From positions 1 through 64,000 of the forward strand of contig NC_134032.1 of NCBI RefSeq assembly GCF_964204645.1: DNA of 64,000 bases, written 5' to 3'. The position numbers and the translations under genes are program-made. The notes below the pieces were generated by a model. It was not told where the DNA came from and searched no databases. It saw nothing but the letters and a program-made list of their open reading frames with translations. Of the stretch, positions 61,768 to 64,000 are shown piece by piece; within the stretch, counting starts at the first letter, position 1; every line of letters starts with the position of its first letter. This DNA comes from Tubulanus polymorphus. Lineage: Eukaryota; Animalia; Nemertea.

Positions 61768-62538
61768 CTGTTTTGGAATCCGCTCGGTCCGGCAACGGCG
61801 CTTCCCGATAAACTACCGTTTAAACTGGAGCCAGCAATCGCTCTGTTACTGGCCGATTAGCGATCGCTCTCACCGCGGATTATCCCGACTCGGTCGATGT
61901 GGTTTCCGCTAGCGCTAAGACTGCCAGTCATAGCCATAGACATCTCACCGATACTAGGTCCGATACTGGGGTTCGCTAACCGGTCACTGGTCGTTTATAT
62001 ACTGTGAGAATCAGCTACAACAAATATAAACATTCACTCATACTAGTACTGAACTAACTTAAATGACGTCATAGGGGGATTTATATAGCAGCCACACCAG
62101 ACAACGTGGCTTTATCAGTTAATCCCCCTATGACATCATCAAATTATCTTTCTATTTCTGGCAAGTCTATATAAAACGTAGAAAAGTTGGCCACCTCCAA
62201 TAAATCCCCCTATGACATCATCAAATTATCCCTTCAGAATCCTAGAAAGACAGCTGATTCCGGACCCTGCGCTATATGAAAAGTATGGTTTAAGTACTTA
62301 CAGGCGTAAGGCCCCGATGGGCCACTTCCTTCGTTCTCTTCGAACTCAAATCGAACTCTGCCCGGAGTCAGTCGTCGATATGCCGCAACCACCGCTGCGA
62401 CACAGCGATATCGGTACCACGCCGTAAACATACGGCTAAACTAGCGACAACTGGCGCTACGATAACAGACGCAGTTACACCACCGGCTATTACCATATTC
62501 CTCTTGTGCTGTGGTAGGTGACCGTAACGTGTATGTAA
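61768..62538 (-). pseudogene. RNF19: RNF19-like pseudogene fragment, two exons (62302-62538 with internal deletion; 61768-62014)
   Basis: Paralog of 56178-56977 with the same frameshift and stop, plus loss of the GIGVPILL segment. Confidence 0.85.
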
Positions 62539-63659
62539 CTGAAACACAAGATAAACACATGAGAAATAGCATTTTTCATAGTAAAATTTGCGATAAAAAT
62601 CTAGCGCGTGGTGGATTTAGGTTCCAATTTCTGTTTCTGACTAGCGCCATCAAGCGAGTAATTTCAGAACTAGAATTTGTCGATATCCTGTATTTCACCC
62701 GATAAGCCTTATCATATGTCCTTGTCATTACGGTTAAATCACAGTAACCACTTGATCTGGTTTATGCGCAGTGTTTAGAACTAGGTCAATTTCAGGTGTA
62801 GACGTGTCGCAGGTTTCAGTTATTGAGATCCTCCTCCATTAGACTGAAAATAAATCAAACAACATTCATTATAACATCATTAGAGCAATTCACAAAAATC
62901 ATATCAAATATTCGATATAAATAAGAGTAACTAAACGAACCTGATCTAAACATCACCTTCTTTTGAGTAGAATAAACAAAACTCTAGCGTTACGCCTACA
63001 TCTGAAATAATACAAAACACTGAAAATCATTATTTCTTCATCAGATAAACAATGAAAACAGATTCAAAATGCATTTAGTGCCAACAATTTTCAGGCTTAA
63101 AATTTTTTTTCTCATACAAGACATAACGGTAAATTGGTTCAGACTTAGAGCAGGGAACACTATATGAATTTATTCCCACACCGTCTGAAATTACAGATTT
63201 CACAATGAAATTTGCAGCGTGTTCGTTGCTCAGCAGCAGGTGAATCGCAACATTCAAACATGTTTGATATTTCCACAGTAAATTGAGCCGCAATCTTTGA
63301 CAAGCTTTCAAATCATGATGGCATCAATGATTTGAGAACGGCACTGAAAACCTGCTTGGATTTTGGTTAACTCGGTTTTAAAACACCACTGAAACTGGTT
63401 TGTAGAGGTCTGTGATTAGGGCCTAAGATATATCTACCTGAATTGAGGGATCACTTGTTCACTTCATCGCCAAACAGTTATTCCTTGAACTTCCTGATGA
63501 CTGCAGTTATTCAGTTGAGCATCACCCTGAAATAAACATAGAAACCTGTCAGAGAAAGCACTCTAAAATCCATGGTATCAGAGGGTCAAATGCTCCATCT
63601 GTATTGATAGTAATAGTTTAGGCCTCGATCCACTCTTTATGTTATTGATACTTTTTACT

Positions 63660-63973
63660 GCGGTGAGGGCTAGTGGTTAGAGCGTTCAGCTCTGGGAAGC
63701 CAGGTCGTGGGTTCGATCCCCGTTGTGTCCTCGGGCAAGACTCTTATCCTCACTGCCTCTCTCCACCCAGGAGTAAATGGGTACCTGGCCTGATAGATGA
63801 CTCCTGAGCGCTTGTTAGCAGCTCGGTGTTACTTCTCAAAAGGGAGAGATGACTGATACATGTTAGAGTATTAAAACTGGCCGGGGTAATAATACCGAAA
63901 AATTTAAAGCGCTCTGAGCAGCCTGGCTGGATTTAGCACTATATAAGACACATATTAATATTATTATTATTAC
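63660..63973 (+). mobile_element. tRNA-derived CORE-like SINE, copy 3
   Basis: As above. Confidence 0.8.
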
Positions 63974-64000
63974 TGAATGATGATGGTTTTACAGCACGCA

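Larger units (their letters stand above)
49875..64000. repeat. Tandem segmental duplication, period about 5.6 kb, roughly three rearranged copies
   Basis: Identical ORF-track entries at offset 5591 (53863/59454, 54382/59973). Blocks such as CATTATAACATCATTAGAGC recur six times. Confidence 0.93.

Overview
This window is the left end of a eukaryotic (most likely invertebrate animal) chromosome with (CCCTAA)n telomere repeats. The telomeric tract is interrupted twice. (1) 2944-5312: about 6.7 apparently identical 353-bp units, each carrying a tRNA-Ala(GGC)-like sequence. (2) 6715-12825: an intact-looking Penelope-like retroelement (PLE) with ORF1 (Pro-rich + SGNH/GDSL hydrolase) and ORF2 (RT + Cys-rich linker + GIY-YIG endonuclease), joined by an in-frame T TTA AAC -1 frameshift site. 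The two inserts share a bipartite 3' terminus and both join the telomere repeats through CCTAACC, 3' end towards the centromere. This suggests an autonomous telomere-targeting PLE plus a non-autonomous tRNA-bearing passenger. Inward of this lie variant telomere repeats, a decayed BEL/Pao LTR element interrupted by a 10.2-kb decayed Polinton/Maverick (6-bp TSD), a 34-bp minisatellite, a 13.4-kb 102-bp satellite, and a ~5.6-kb-period segmental duplication with RNF19-like pseudo-exons, SINEs and MITEs. All calls were made by eye, without database searches.
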